Source: Octopus sinensis (taxonomy: Eukaryota). Taken from it: a DNA stretch of 64,000 bases. The DNA lies in contig NW_021833698.1 in the NCBI RefSeq assembly GCF_006345805.1, positions 1 through 64,000 on the forward strand, written 5' to 3'. The position numbers and the translations under genes were made by a program. Each line of letters begins with the position of its first letter. Positions within the stretch are counted from its first letter, which is position 1. Below the pieces are notes generated by a model. It saw nothing but the letters and a program-made list of their open reading frames with translations. It was not told the DNA's origin and did not search any database. Positions 1 through 12,895 of the stretch are shown piece by piece.

Positions 1-230
1 ATGTATGTACTATATACACATACATAACATACATACACATACACAAATGTTCATGTCTGTGTATGTATGTATATATGTATGTACATATATACACATACAT
101 ACATACATACATACATACATACGCACACACAAATGTGCATGTCTGTGTATGTATGTATATATGTATGTACATATATACACATACATACATACATACATAC
201 ATACATACATACATACATACATACATACAA
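1..230. repeat. (TACA)n/(TA)n microsatellite containing an ~85-bp tandem duplication
   Basis: The block 'cacaaatgt(t/g)catgtctgtgtatgtatgtatatatgtatgtacatatatacacatacat' occurs twice in tandem. Confidence 0.9.
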
Positions 231-552
231 AAATCCTGTTGATGTTGAAATTTCAATGACGGAACTTGGATTTAGGTTAGAAACTGACCCTTTCTCTATT
301 GGCAAGAAGTCTTGAAATAAAACTGAACAATGACATACATACGTTTGCGTGTGTGTGTGTGTGTGTGTGGTGTGTGTGTGTGTGTGTGTGTGCGTGGTGT
401 GTGTGTGTGTCAGATGTGTGTATGTGTATCTGTCTGTATATCAGTTTCAAGACGCTAAACGGATTGATTGTGTGAAGAAATATATATGTGTATGCATGTG
501 AGTTGGGTTTGTCTGTTAGGACATTTGATATAGACTTCTGCTTATATATATG

Positions 553-593
<41 letters not shown>

Positions 594-1280
594 TTATATG
601 TATTTATGCCTATATGCATATACGTGTGTATATACAGATATATATTTATATACAAACATACATATATACATACATGAATATATATATATATATACAGAGA
701 GAGAGAGGGGGAGAGAGAGAAGCGTAGCACGATATTTATATATTTGTTTTTCTTTTGTTAGCGCATTTGTCTGTGGGTGTAATAAAACGTTGTTATCGCT
801 GAGAAGAAAATGTCTCAAATCGTAGAAAGAATTTGATTTAGATTAATTACTTGAGGCTTGTTTGGGTGGATGGTATACTAAAGAGCTGATAGGATAAATT
901 ACACTTTACACTTTTCCTATTTGCCTAGTTACTGACACGAACATTGAGCGCCACAAAGTCATCCCACAGAAAAAGTTTGTTTCATAAATTGATTGTGATT
1001 CAGATTATAACGTCTGAAAAAGTGTATGAACACAAAATTTAATGCATGAAATGTATCACTTTGCATGTAATTTGAAATAAATGGCATTCGTTTCCCGAAA
1101 CGTACGTAACATTGATTTGACATCTTTCCTGAACAATAATCATCGTCATTCACTCCGACGCTGCTTCAGTAACTGGCCCGAACTATAAGCAATTATTCTT
1201 CGTTCTTTGGTTAATGAAAAAGCATAACATCTACACCCCTTCTTGAACATTAAGCAGCCATGAAATACAAAGCTGATCGC

Positions 1281-1300
1281 CTGAAATTATTTAACATTTT

Positions 1301-1337
<37 letters not shown>

Positions 1338-1341
1338 TATA

Positions 1342-1388
<47 letters not shown>

Positions 1389-1487
1389 GAGAGAGAGAGA
1401 GGGGGAGAGGAGGGGGGAGAGGGAGGGGGGAGGAGAGGGAGGGGGGAGAGAGGGAGGGAGATAGAGAGACAGACAGACAGGGAGAAG

Positions 1488-1520
<33 letters not shown>

Positions 1521-1536
1521 TATAGATGATAGATAG

Positions 1537-1567
<31 letters not shown>

Positions 1568-1672
1568 GATAGATCGATAGATAGACAGACAGATGATAGT
1601 AGATGTGTATGTACATATATATATATATATATATGTTTAGAGAGAGAGAGAGACAAACAGATATATATATAT

Positions 1673-1690
<18 letters not shown>
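1281..1690. repeat. Compound (TA)n-(GA)n-(GATA)n microsatellite block, copy 1
   Basis: Starts 'gaaattatttaacatttt' and contains 'cagggagaagagatagatag'; both anchors recur at ~3025-3320. Confidence 0.85.
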
Positions 1691-1703
<13 letters not shown>

Positions 1704-2794
1704 AGGGTAGAAATCAATATTATCAATTAAAACCAGTGTCTAGCATATTAAAAAGAATCCGAAGATTTAAATTTAATATACCAATTAAGGACCGAACACG
1801 AAAAGGACAGTCAACATGCTAGATATAGACGTCAAATCGCCATTCTCCACAAAAGATATCTAGCATGTTGACTGTCCACTTTTCGTGTTCACTTCTTAAT
1901 TGGTATATATATATATATATATATATAAGATCGAAGGAATTAAATGTAGGAAGTTTGTAAGCTTCGAACAGCCCGTGGTAAGTATAAAAAAAAACATCGT
2001 TCACGATCGATGATAATTTGTTGGCGAGGGCTGTGGGCTTTTTCCATTTGAATGTTCGATAAGCTGAAAAAACATTTGTTTATAGCTCACAGTTAGCAGC
2101 ATGAGTTGTTATGAATGCTAATAAAAATCCAGATTGAGATAATGGAGCAGGTAAAATTTTGGTTACATGTGTTTCCGAAGTTAACTTGCCGAATATATAA
2201 TTTGGAGTTATATCTTCGGCGTATTAACTTTGGATTCCTTGACGACAATCAAACCTACATATAATTAAAGTATCTTCGGCCTGGTGAGTCGGTAGGTGAG
2301 AGATTATTACAACAGGAGATCTACTAGTTAGGAAACATATGTAGCCTAAATCTTACCTGCTCTAGTCCTTCAATTTGGATGTGTGCGTGTGTGTGTATTA
2401 ACTTGTGAGCAGTTCAAATATATAAACTTGTGTGTAAATATATAAACTTGCGTGTGTATATAAACTTGTTAGCTGTTCAAATACGCTTGACAGATATTCA
2501 ATTCACTGCACTTTGATATGGACAAATATTCTTGCTGTACACAAAAAGACGTAAACACACAAAATTGGTCCGGAGCGCCCTCTACCCAGATTGTTAGATG
2601 CAGGTATTCCGGAGTAGTTATCTTCTCTTCACCATCAAACACTAGAAAGAGTGACTCTTTGAACTGACAACGGGATACCAGATCTGTTTTATCATATTCC
2701 AGTCAACATGCTGTGACTGATGCGCTAGTCGACAGCCTGGCCGTAGTAAGATAGGGATTAGAAGCGTTAAGCATTGATCTTCTATCTGTTATTT

Positions 2795-3000
2795 TTTTTA
2801 CTTAATTCAGTCATTAGACTGTGGCCATGCTGGTGCACCACCTTGAAGAACTTTTAGGAAAACGTATCGACCCACACACACACACCAGTACCTTACTTTT
2901 TAAAATCTGGTACTTGTTCTATCGGTGTCTTTTGGCGAACCTCTAATTTACGGGGACGTTAACACACCAGCACCAGTTTTCAAGCAGACATAAGACTCAC
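2795..3000 (-). mobile_element. SINE family B, 3' tail fragment
   Basis: 'cagtcattagactgtggccatgctggtgcacc...ttacggggacgttaacacaccagc' matches the tail of full family B copies. Confidence 0.8.
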
Positions 3001-3024
3001 AGATATATATATATATATATATAT

Positions 3025-3178
3025 ATGAAATTTATTTAACATTTTGAACTATATATATTTATATTATATTATATTATATATATATATATATATAGAGAGG
3101 AGAGAGACGGAGAGGAGAGAGCGAGAGAGGGGGAGGGAGAGGGAGGGAGATAGAAAGACAGAACAGGACAGGGAGAAG

Positions 3179-3224
<46 letters not shown>

Positions 3225-3229
3225 CTAGA

Positions 3230-3266
<37 letters not shown>

Positions 3267-3320
3267 CCGACGATGATATATATTAAGTATATGTTTTATA
3301 TGTATAATATATATATATAT
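3025..3320. repeat. Noisy second copy of the 1281-1690 compound microsatellite
   Basis: Same anchors and same order of repeat types, with many small indels. Confidence 0.75.
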
Positions 3321-3323
3321 ATA

Positions 3324-4313
3324 AAGAAATGGGGTGAGTACTTGATAATTATAAGCACTGTGTATACCGTTTGGTGGTGTAGGTGGTGGAGTAAATGATC
3401 AAAATAAAATAAAAAAATGATGCGGAAGGATTCAGCGGGTACATATGTTTCGGGCCTTTATTAGACAGATTTATAACAATGCATAATGTATGTCTGTGGC
3501 CTTTTCAGCCGCGCACAACAGCTTCCACAAGGACATGTGTTACATCAAAATTCTTGGTTGGGGATGCAAATCCTCTCATTCGCGTACGACATAATGCGGC
3601 AGCAGCATAGAATTGAGCGTCCATCTCTTTCTTCTCTCAATGTAGAATGAGGAAATTGGATGTTGAGGTAATGTAAATAAATAAATACATATATAGAGGT
3701 GAAGATGGAGGGGCGAGAGTTCGGGACGAGGGATAAAAAAATGTATAAAAGTGTAAGTATAGAATAATATAAAAATGTAGAGGATAAAGGTATAAAGAGT
3801 TGTAAGAGAGATGTAAAGCGGGTATAAAGAAATATAAAGAATATAAATAAAGTAAAGGCATAAGGTTATAAAGTAAAATAGAAATAGAAATAAAAGTTAA
3901 AAAAACCTGATAAAAACATGATAAAAGTGTAAAAGAATGGTAAAGATAAGGGATGTATAGAGGTTACGGACCAAGCATGGTGGTCAGGAGATTGATATAA
4001 AATTTAGTTGTAGAATTGTCAGTAAATCAACAGTTTCGTCTGGGGACTAATGCGTTGTAAATCAGAGCTGATGAGCATTTAATCTGGTTCTTGAATTAAA
4101 TGGACTTCTAGTACATACATATCATCATGGATACATACACCCACATACACGCGTACAATATACGCCTCCAAGCCTATAAGCATACACACGCACTCGCGTG
4201 TAAACACGTACATAAACACACACGCACCCACACGCACGCGCGTACACACACATACATACAACAGAATATCCGCATGTATACACGGACATTATACGCGTAC
4301 ACTCACATGTATA
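3324..4313 (-). repeat. PLE 3' terminal repeat (pseudo-LTR)
   Basis: Direct repeat of 7988-8972, from 'agaaat..gggtgagt(t)acttgataattataagcac' to 'ctcacatgtatat'. Confidence 0.9.
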
Positions 4314-5459
4314 TACGCGCGCCCATCACTACATACACACACGTATATGCCACGCCTCTAGGTCTAGGTATAAGAGATTAAAGGATGTGTATAAGAACGT
4401 ATGTAAAGAATCCCTTACTCATGTCTATACGTGCACGCACACACGGCTGTGTGTCCGTATGTGCGTGCACATATACACTCATATACACACACAGAGACAC
4501 ACGCGCACATGGGTCTAGCTATAAGATATCGAAGTATGATGTACATATATACGCGTGCATATGTATGTATGCGTATACACACGCACGCGGACGCTCGTAT
4601 AGTCAAAAAGTGGATCCATAGGTAAGAAATAAACATATATAGAGAGTAAGCGATAAGGATGGGTAAGAATGAGGGTAAGGGTGAAGGTGAAGATTAGAAA
4701 TAAAAATACAGTATAAAATAAGAAATACAATGTAATAGTTAGAAATGAAATATAAGAATTGTAAAAAATTATAAGAGTTAAGGTAAGGGATGAAAATAAA
4801 AATGAGAATAAATGGAAGTAGAATAAAAGTAAAAATAAAATAAAAATAAAAATAAATGGAAGTAGGATAAAAGTAAAAATAAAAGTAAATAAAAAATAAA
4901 ATAAAAAATAAAATAAATAAGATAAAAGTATAATTTGGTAAGTTTAACATGAGATGAAGGTGGTTGATTGAAAGTTAGAGGTGTGTTAAAAGTAGGGGCG
5001 GGCGGGGGGAACTGAAAATGGAAGGGTGGGAAGTGGAGTTTGGCGGTGTACGTTCAACATCCGAGTTAGAAATGTGAAACGGTATAGATATAGGGAATTA
5101 AAGAGACTACATAGGGAGGATATGGGTGTAGGAGAAGAAATATTTAGGGAAAAGAAGTCATATAGGGAGACAAAAATTTGTATATATAGGAGGAAAATGC
5201 AGGGAACCGTATATGCACATACACCCCACCCACACACACACACACACACACGCACATGTACATGTATACCATATATGTACACATACGTACACGTATGTGC
5301 ACATATATACGCGCACAACATACATACACATATACACGCACATATAGGAAAGCGGGATGTGCTGGAGCCGACAGGTTGCACCGGGTGGGAGGAAATTGGC
5401 ATGGGGGAGTTGGTATAAGACCTAAGCATTGTAGTATTTGAAAGTATTATAAGTTTATG

Positions 5460-7930
5460 TAATACAGGATGGTTGAACTCTGGCCTTTGTTAATAAGATT
5501 GTGTTTGTCTTTGAATTTCAAGATGTTCAGAAGTTCTACACAACATAGTTGCATCCTGCTCTATTATTTAAATAAGGTGCAGCTGATCCGATGATGGACC
5601 ATCTGAGTTTGTGAAGCCTATGCATTTGTCTTTAATTCCCAAATTCTTTTAGAGAGGGAGGTGCTGTTAGCCTTATGTCTGTGTCTCAGCGAGGACCGGT
5701 GGTTGTAGTATCTGGATTTCCAGGAGGTTGAGCAACCAATATAGGTGTGTTAAACTGAGTACTCACCTCAATGAGTATATTACGTTTTTCGCCTACATGC
5801 GCCCCTGCAGCGGGCACTCTGATGCACATCTGCAGTTGCATTGCATTGCATTATTCGGTCGTGTGCTGCTAATCCCAGGCGGAGGTGTTGCAAACGAGTG
5901 GGGGCGTTGGTATCCTCCGGGTTGTTGATGGGTGTAGCATTTCCTCTGTTGTGTTGGCGGGTGTTATTACTAACTGTTTGGGTAGTATGGCTGCCAGTCT
6001 GGTTATATTGTCTACTGTCTAGATGAGGGGGGGTTTCTGTTGGTCGCTATGGTTTGCTCTTGATCTAGCTGTTCTAATATTAATATAGTTATGTTTAGCT
6101 ATGAGGCAGCTCATGTGGGCAGGGTAGGTAGGAAATCCTAATAGTTTTGTTGGAGAAGATACTTCTATACTTGTGGGTGGGGGGGAAGTTGTTGTTGGAA
6201 ATTATAGAGAATATTCTCTTACATAACTTACCCCTAACTGCTAAGTTGAAAGGTATGTTGAACCATATATATTTGCGTAATCTGCTATTATCCTTCTATT
6301 TCTCCTAATAGGATCTATATTGCTCTCGTCGGGAGGGTACTATTGTGTGCTATTCTATTAGTTCGCCTATTTCCTATACGTGTTTGGAGTTTAAATTAGA
6401 ATTATCGCTAGTGTGAGTTGAGTGCTGAGTTCGATTATAATTGGGAGTCTTATGGCCGACGGACGCTCCCGGGTGGTCTACATATGATATTCTCTGGTTA
6501 TACCCGGCACTATAGAGAGCCTGGTTGTAGTGTGTGCATGATTATTGAAAATTTCTAATTAGAGGATAGTTTTGTCAGTCTGTCTGAGATGGCTTGGACC
6601 GTGGTGCTAATTATACAGGGTGGATGGTTGGAAGAGGTAGATGGATGTATTTGGTAGTTTCTTCGGGTTTCCTATACGGGTGGTGAAGGTGCTTATTCAA
6701 TCTAACACGTAACATCTAAGAAGTTTACTATTTTAGTATTGGTCATAAATTCTAGTTTAGATTGAAGGATTTGAAAAAAAGCCTGATTTTTCCAATTCTT
6801 TCTAGTTTACTCCTATTGATGGTGGGGTATATGAAGAGAGCGTCGTCTCTGTATAGACCCCCCTGAAGATCCGGTACCTCGGAGAAAAGCTTCTTGAGCA
6901 GGTAGGCCCCGACCAAGTCAGTCACCTGAGCTGAATCGCCGAGCCATAGCCACATCGAAATTGTCGGGGGTATCGGATCTGGTCCAGAGTCTACCGTCGA
7001 ATTCTATTATGGTTTTTCTAGCTAATAGAATTATGTCAATTTTTCTCTGTCTATGAGTGAAAGGTTGCGGGCAAAAATAAGGGATTTGTTAAGTAAGATG
7101 GGGGATATACTGGCGTAGTAGCTAGCTATGTCGAATTGGATGAATGAGTAGTCGGGCCTATTGGTGATAGTGTTAAACATTCTAGCACATCGTCGGTGTT
7201 AATCCATAGTTGGAGTGGGATGTGGGGTTGATGTGTGGGATCACCTTGTCCAGGATAGTCTTGCTAAGTCTGCCGATATCCGATTTAGTCGGACAGATTA
7301 ATCGTACTCCTACACTATCTGGGAAGTCTTTCTTATGGTCTTTAATAGTAATTTTGGGTACTTGTGGTTTAATAGGTTCTGTTCTGTCCAGGAAGTCTAA
7401 TTGCTCATAACTTCCTTGATTTGTAGTTAATTTCCTTAAGGTTATCCGTAGAAGTAGTTTATACTTTTGCTAAGTTCCTTCATGATGAGCGATTGTAGGT
7501 TTGGTAGTCTAGCCTATACCAGTTCCCAGTCTTGTCGGCGGGTATGATAAGACTATCATCGTTCCTAAGTGAATGCAGGAAATCTTTTAAGGCTCCTTAA
7601 GTGGGTGTTGGAAATGGTCTTATGTTTACTAATGTTGATGTTGTAATGAGGTCGATTAAGTCTTTTCAAAAAATTTTCCAGTGGGTAGTTAGAGGGTGGG
7701 TTTCTCTGCTTTTAAATATCTTCCTGTGTGCTATTCTTCTTGGTTAGAGTTGGGGTGCTTTTCTCCGGTTATCGAAATGGTAGGCCGCCCACCTGATTCT
7801 TCTAATAAAGTCTGTGGTCCGGTGGATGAGAGTCGTCGTGTGTGTAAGTTTGGTCGGAGTGGAGAGGATGGCCCTGGGGGAGAAGTTTGTGTGAATCCTT
7901 GAATCTTCATGCTTGGGTCGTTCAAGTCTA
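5460..7930 (-). pseudogene. PLE ORF (RT, thumb, Cys linker, GIY-YIG endonuclease), frameshifted as assembled
   Basis: Manual minus-strand translation gives IIPADKTGN, FIQFDIASYYASISP (~7110-7150), DLVGAYLL..GLYRDD (~6840-6920), HPYRKPEETTKY, NHPP, WFNIPF, CNCRCASECPLQG (~5800-5845), TYIGCS..RYYNHRSSL..NSTSLSKRIWELKD and WSIIGSAAPY. Confidence 0.93.
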
Positions 7931-7987
7931 AAGGTTGTCGCGGTTACGTGGGATCAGATCCTAGTGACACGTAGGTGAGTTGAGTAT

Positions 7988-8972
7988 AGAAATTCGGGTG
8001 AGTTACTTGATAATTATAAGCACCTGTGTATACCGTTTGGGTGGAGGTGGTGGAGTAAATTGATCAAAATAAAATAAAAACATGATGCGAAGGATTCAGC
8101 GGTAAATATGTTTCGGGCCTTTATTAGACAGATTTATAACAATGCATAATGTATGTCTGTGGCCTTCTTCAGCCGCGCACAATAGCTTCCACAAGGACAT
8201 GTGTTACATCAAAAATTCTTGGTGGGGATGCAAATCCTCTTCATTCGACGTACGACATAATGCGCAGCAGCATAGAATTGAAGCGTCCATCTCTTTCTTC
8301 TCTCAATGTAGAATGAGGGAAAATGGATGTTGAGGTTAATGTAAATAAATAAATTACATATATAGAGGTGACGATGGAGGGGCGAGAGTTCGGGACGAGG
8401 GATAAAAAATGTATAAAAAGTGTAAGTATAGAATAATATAAAAATGTAGAGGATTAAAAGGTATTAAAGAGTTGTAAGGAGATGTAAAGCGGGTATAAAG
8501 AAATATAAAGAAATATAAATAATGTAAAGGCATAAGGTTCTAAAGTAAAAATAGAAATAGAAATAAAAGTAAAAAAACCTGATAAAAACATGATAAAGTG
8601 TAAAAGAATGTAAAGATAGGGATGTATAGAGGTTACGGACCAAGCATGGTGGTCAGGAGATTGATAAATTTAGTTGTAGATTGTCAGTAAATCAACAGTG
8701 TGTCTGGGGACCTAATGCGTTGTAAATCAGAGCTGATGAGCATTTAATCTGGTTCCTTGAATTAAATGGACTTCTAGTACATACATATCATCATGGATAC
8801 ATACACCCACATACACGCGTACATATACGCCTCCAAGCCTATAAGCATACACACGCACTCGCGTGTAAACACGTACATAAACACACACGCACCCACACGC
8901 ACGCGCGTACACACACATACATACAACAGAATATCCGCATGTATACACGGACATTATACGCGTACACACTCA
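7988..8972 (-). repeat. PLE 5' terminal repeat (pseudo-LTR)
   Basis: Direct repeat of 3324-4313; differences are mostly 1-nt indels. Confidence 0.9.
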
Positions 8973-8973
8973 C

Positions 8974-9023
<50 letters not shown>

Positions 9024-9479
9024 CACAATTCGCGAAGCATGCCTCTTACATAGATATATAAGTGTGAACAATTCTATATACTATGCTGGATACATTTGGT
9101 GCTCGTCTGGTATGTTGATTTTTTGTTCATTTTTATGCAACTTGATTATGCCTGCACTGACGATTTAAAAAAGTGCATTTTGTGCACTAATTATGAACTC
9201 ATATGATCTGCAGCTGAATCTGGTTTTAAAAGGCTCGCTTCGAGAGTTGCATTCCCTCGCGTTCGGTACAATGTGTTTATTATGGTAGTTTTGATTTTAA
9301 GAGTCCCTCCTAGCATGAGGCATTTATGTATAGTAATGCCCTTAATGTAAATAGATATATTTAAAAGGAATAATTAATAATTTTTCCTCTTATGGGTTTT
9401 TTCACGCTAACTTCTTGATAAATTCTTATAAAGATTTTATCCTATTTTTAAATTATATATATATATATATATATATAAA

Positions 9480-9645
9480 TATATACGACGGGCTTCTTTC
9501 AGTTTCCGTTTACCAAATCCATTCACAAGGCTTTGGTCGACCCAAGGCGATAGTAGAAGACACCAAGATGCCATGCAGGGGGACTGAACCCGTAACCATT
9601 TGGGAGGGAAGCAAGCTTCATACAACACAGCCACGCCTGCGCCTA
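9480..9645 (-). mobile_element. SINE family B, 5' half (tRNA-like head + CORE-like segment)
   Basis: 'acgacgggcttctttcagtttccgtttaccaaatcc...cacagccacgcctgcgcc'. Confidence 0.85.
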
Positions 9646-9714
9646 TGATGTATACAAATATAAATTTGCTGCCAGTTCAGATTTGCATAAGACATATTTG
9701 AACCCGTAAGAAAC

Positions 9715-10040
9715 GTTGCAATCGAACTCACAATCATGAGGTAGTGAGTTCGATTCCGGGACCAGGTTGTGTGTTGTGGTCTTGAGCAAGACATTTTATT
9801 TCACGTCGCTCCAGTTCACTCAGCTGTAGAAATAAGTTGCCACATCACTGGTGCCAATCTGTATCGGCCTTTGCTTTCCCTTGGATAACATTGGTGGCAT
9901 GGAGAGGAGAGGCTGGTGTGCATGGGCGACTGCTGATCATCCATAAAAACAACCTTGTCCGGACTTGTGCCTCGTGGGGTAACTTCCTAGGTGCAATTCC
10001 ATGGTCATTCATGACCGAAGGGGATCCTAACCCTTTACCA
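9715..10040 (+). mobile_element. tRNA-derived CORE-like SINE (family D)
   Basis: B-box 'gagttcgattcc' followed by CORE-like 'gttgtggtcttgagcaagacattttatttcacgtcgctccagttcactcagctg'. Confidence 0.7.
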
Positions 10041-11063
10041 TATAGTAGGAGAGATCTATGAAAACTGAACTGAGCTCCTTGTTGCCAGGCTGCTAATATA
10101 TGTAATCTTATCTCGTTCAGTTAAGTGATTTAATTTGAGCGGTCAAAGTCGTACTGCCATTTTGGTGATTAGAACAGGTAGATGCGTTATAGAAATCACA
10201 GAGTTTGGTTCACATTAGTGTTTTATATATATATATATATATATATCAAATTTTAAGCCCCCTCCCCATATTTTTTTTTTGTGGGGGGTGTCCTTATGCA
10301 CGTTAAAATACGGTGTATGGTGGTGTATGTGTATGTGCATATGTGAGTGAATATGTGCACTTGTATGTGTGTAGTAGCAGTAGTAGTAGTGGTGGTGGTG
10401 GTGGTGGTGGTGGTAGTAGCAGTAGTAGTAACTCTAACAGTTAAATGTTCCACACTAAAGTTTTTTGTATAAAAAAAAATGACAAAATAATCAATAAAAG
10501 AACAATGAAATATAAAAAAACAAACATGGAAACAGACAAACACAACGAAATCTCCCCTCCACACCCCATTAACCCCCACACCACCCTTACCCCCCACCAA
10601 ATACCAACAGATATGATAAATCCTGTGAAAGTAAACTGTACTACAATAGGTATTTATTGTTTCGTTTTGCTGGGTGATATTCTTCTTCTTCTGATTAACC
10701 TCAAACCAAAGCTTACTGCGTTTTAGCAACAAACTTACACGATTGGTTTATTGCAAAAACTTCGACTCTCCTTTGTGATTGATTTGATTTATCGATTTAT
10801 CGATTTATATTTCTATTTATTTATTTCTTTCTTTATATATTTGTTTGTTTAATTATTACAGCAGTGTGATATTTCCAGTCTGCTTGGTGGTGATTTGGAC
10901 TGAACTAAAACTAAGCCACCGCCCAAGTAAAACCACGTAAATCATGTTAACGATGTAACGACTTGGCTGTGTCTTCCATCTTACTTTTCAATGTCACTAC
11001 GAAACTAAGCTAAGCTATTTTCTTCCCTGGTTCTCCCTTGCTCTACATCTCTGTCCCTCCATC

Positions 11064-11133
<70 letters not shown>

Positions 11134-11330
11134 ACACACACACACGAACACAAGCTCGTTTTGGTGTACGAACAGGAGAACAAAACACACGATACATGTA
11201 GTAGAGGTTATTTATTAATTCGAAGCTTATAATTACCACCGTTATTTCTTCACGTCCCTCACATGTGCGATTTTGTTCAAGCAGCTAAAATGATGTAATA
11301 CACACGAAGATATGCATACATGACGCATAT

Positions 11331-11750
11331 ATATTCCTTTATTGCCCACAAGGGGCTAAACATAGAGGGGACAAACAAGGACAGACAAAGGGACTAAGTC
11401 GACTACATCGACCCCAGTGCGTAACTGGTACTAATTTAATCGACCCCCGAAAGGATGAAAGGCAAAGTCGACCTCGGCGGAATTTGAACTCAGAACGTAA
11501 CGGCAGAAGAAAAATACCTATTTCTTTACTACCCTCAAGGGGCTAAACACAGAGTGGACAAACAAGGACAGACGAACGGATTAAGTCGATTATATCGACC
11601 CCAGTGCGTAACTTGTACTTATTTAATCGACCCCCGAAAGGATGAAAGGCAAAGTCGACCTCGGCGGAATTTGAACTCAGAACGTAACGGCAGACGAAAT
11701 ACCGTTAAGCATTTTGCCCGGCGTGCTAATGACTCTGCCAGCTCGCCGCC
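11331..11750 (-). mobile_element. SINE family A, head-to-tail dimer
   Basis: Head 'ggcggcgagctggcaga', B-box 'gagttcaaattcc', central 'gcctttcatcctttcggggtcgat..aagtacc' (resembles the Nin/Meta domain). Two units are joined at ~11518. Confidence 0.9.
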
Positions 11751-11797
11751 CAATCACACACACACACGCACACACACGCATACACACACACACATAC

Positions 11798-11903
<106 letters not shown>

Positions 11904-11941
11904 GACATATATATAAATATATGTATGTATATGTATGTATA

Positions 11942-12080
11942 TAGGAGTGGGTGCTGAAAGTTCCTGGCTTGGGTCAAAAGAAAATACAGAAAGATTTTAT
12001 TCAACGTATTCCGCTCTTAGATTCACACATAGCAGCGGCTCTTCAGCTTTTCTAAGCCCCATAAAAGAACTCGGAAGAAC
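11942..12080 (-). mobile_element. Mariner-like terminal fragment
   Basis: 'gggtgctgaaagttcctggctt' resembles a mariner-type TIR and is followed by degraded transposase 3' sequence; no partner TIR seen. Confidence 0.5.
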
Positions 12081-12744
12081 CCTCCTTCCACAACCACCTG
12101 CTCTGTCTCTGTCCTCTTCCTTTCTTTGCTTAAACTCTGACTCTCTAAGTCACACTTCTCACAGGCTCTACTTTACCTTTTTTTTCTTTTAACCCTTTCT
12201 TTCTATCTTCTGCTGGTCTTCCATAAACAACATTGCCCGAATTTGTACCACGGAGGGTAACATTCTTTGTCCAATCCCATGGTCAATCATGACCAAAGCG
12301 GGTATTTACTCTATTTACACGTAGGCACAGGCCGATCATTCTGTTTCCAGCCATTTAGAAGATTTTCCATGCATTACTCATACACACGGTTTGTACTATA
12401 CTTGCTTCAGGGCCGTACAGCCTTTATTTTGTCTGTATATTGCATTTTATTTCGTTTGTGTATTCATATTCGTACCACGACTTGTGTCGTATGTTTTCGT
12501 CGCTGTCCACAACATTTGCTCGCTATTCCCAGCAGTTTTTTAACAGCTGACACCACCAGAAATGAACTATATAATCGTTGAAGGCATGAAATTGTAATGA
12601 TGTTTAGGATGGTAAATGACTCGGAATGAGCACGTCCATACCTTGTGTGTGTATTTTCCGTTCCTTTCTGTTCCGTGCATCCATTGAACCTTTGAAACTT
12701 GTGTGTGTTTGCATGTGTGTGTGTGTGTGTGTGTTCGTGCGTGT

Positions 12745-12895
12745 GTGTGTGCGACGGCCTTCTTTCACTTTCCGTCTACCACGTCCAGTCACATAAATTT
12801 GGGCAGCGCGAGACTACAGTAGAAGACACTTGCCCAAGGTGTGCTACGGAGTGGAACTGAACCTGGAAACATGTGGTTGCAAAGCAAGTCTTTTA
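12745..12895 (-). mobile_element. SINE family B, 5' half
   Basis: 'ccttctttcactttccgtctacc...gaagacacttgcccaaggt...ggaactgaacctggaaacatgtggttg'. Confidence 0.8.

Larger units (their letters stand above)
3324..8972 (-). mobile_element. Penelope-like retroelement (GIY-YIG type), near full length, partial-tandem structure
   Basis: An RT + GIY-YIG coding region lies between two ~990-bp direct repeats; both ends abut (TA)n. Confidence 0.93.

Noticed and set aside
959-1153. Terminal exon RYNLNHNQFMKQTFSVG* after 'tttttcag'
   Set aside because: Short, no recognisable homology, and such acceptor-like sites are common in AT-rich DNA.
3436-3470. 'CTAATAA-AGGCCC-GAAAC-ATAT-GTA' in the large PLE terminal repeat as its ribozyme
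   Set aside because: Two core G positions are missing in both repeats and stem I does not pair convincingly; at best a relic.
4068-4112. CTGATGAG followed by a hairpin (also at ~8733) as a plus-strand hammerhead
   Set aside because: The stem is followed by GGACTTC rather than GAAA in both copies, no stem I/III is found, and it is antisense to the PLE.
8200-8215. In-frame TGA among cysteines as selenocysteine
   Set aside because: The frame is unstable between the two copies and no SECIS could be identified.
10737-11040. Minus-strand 5'-UTR exon ending CGT|GTAAGT
   Set aside because: Only a donor motif; no acceptor, promoter or coding evidence.
11331-11750. CRISPR-like or regularly spaced repeat array
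   Set aside because: Eukaryotic SINE multimers; no short repeats with unique spacers and no cas genes.
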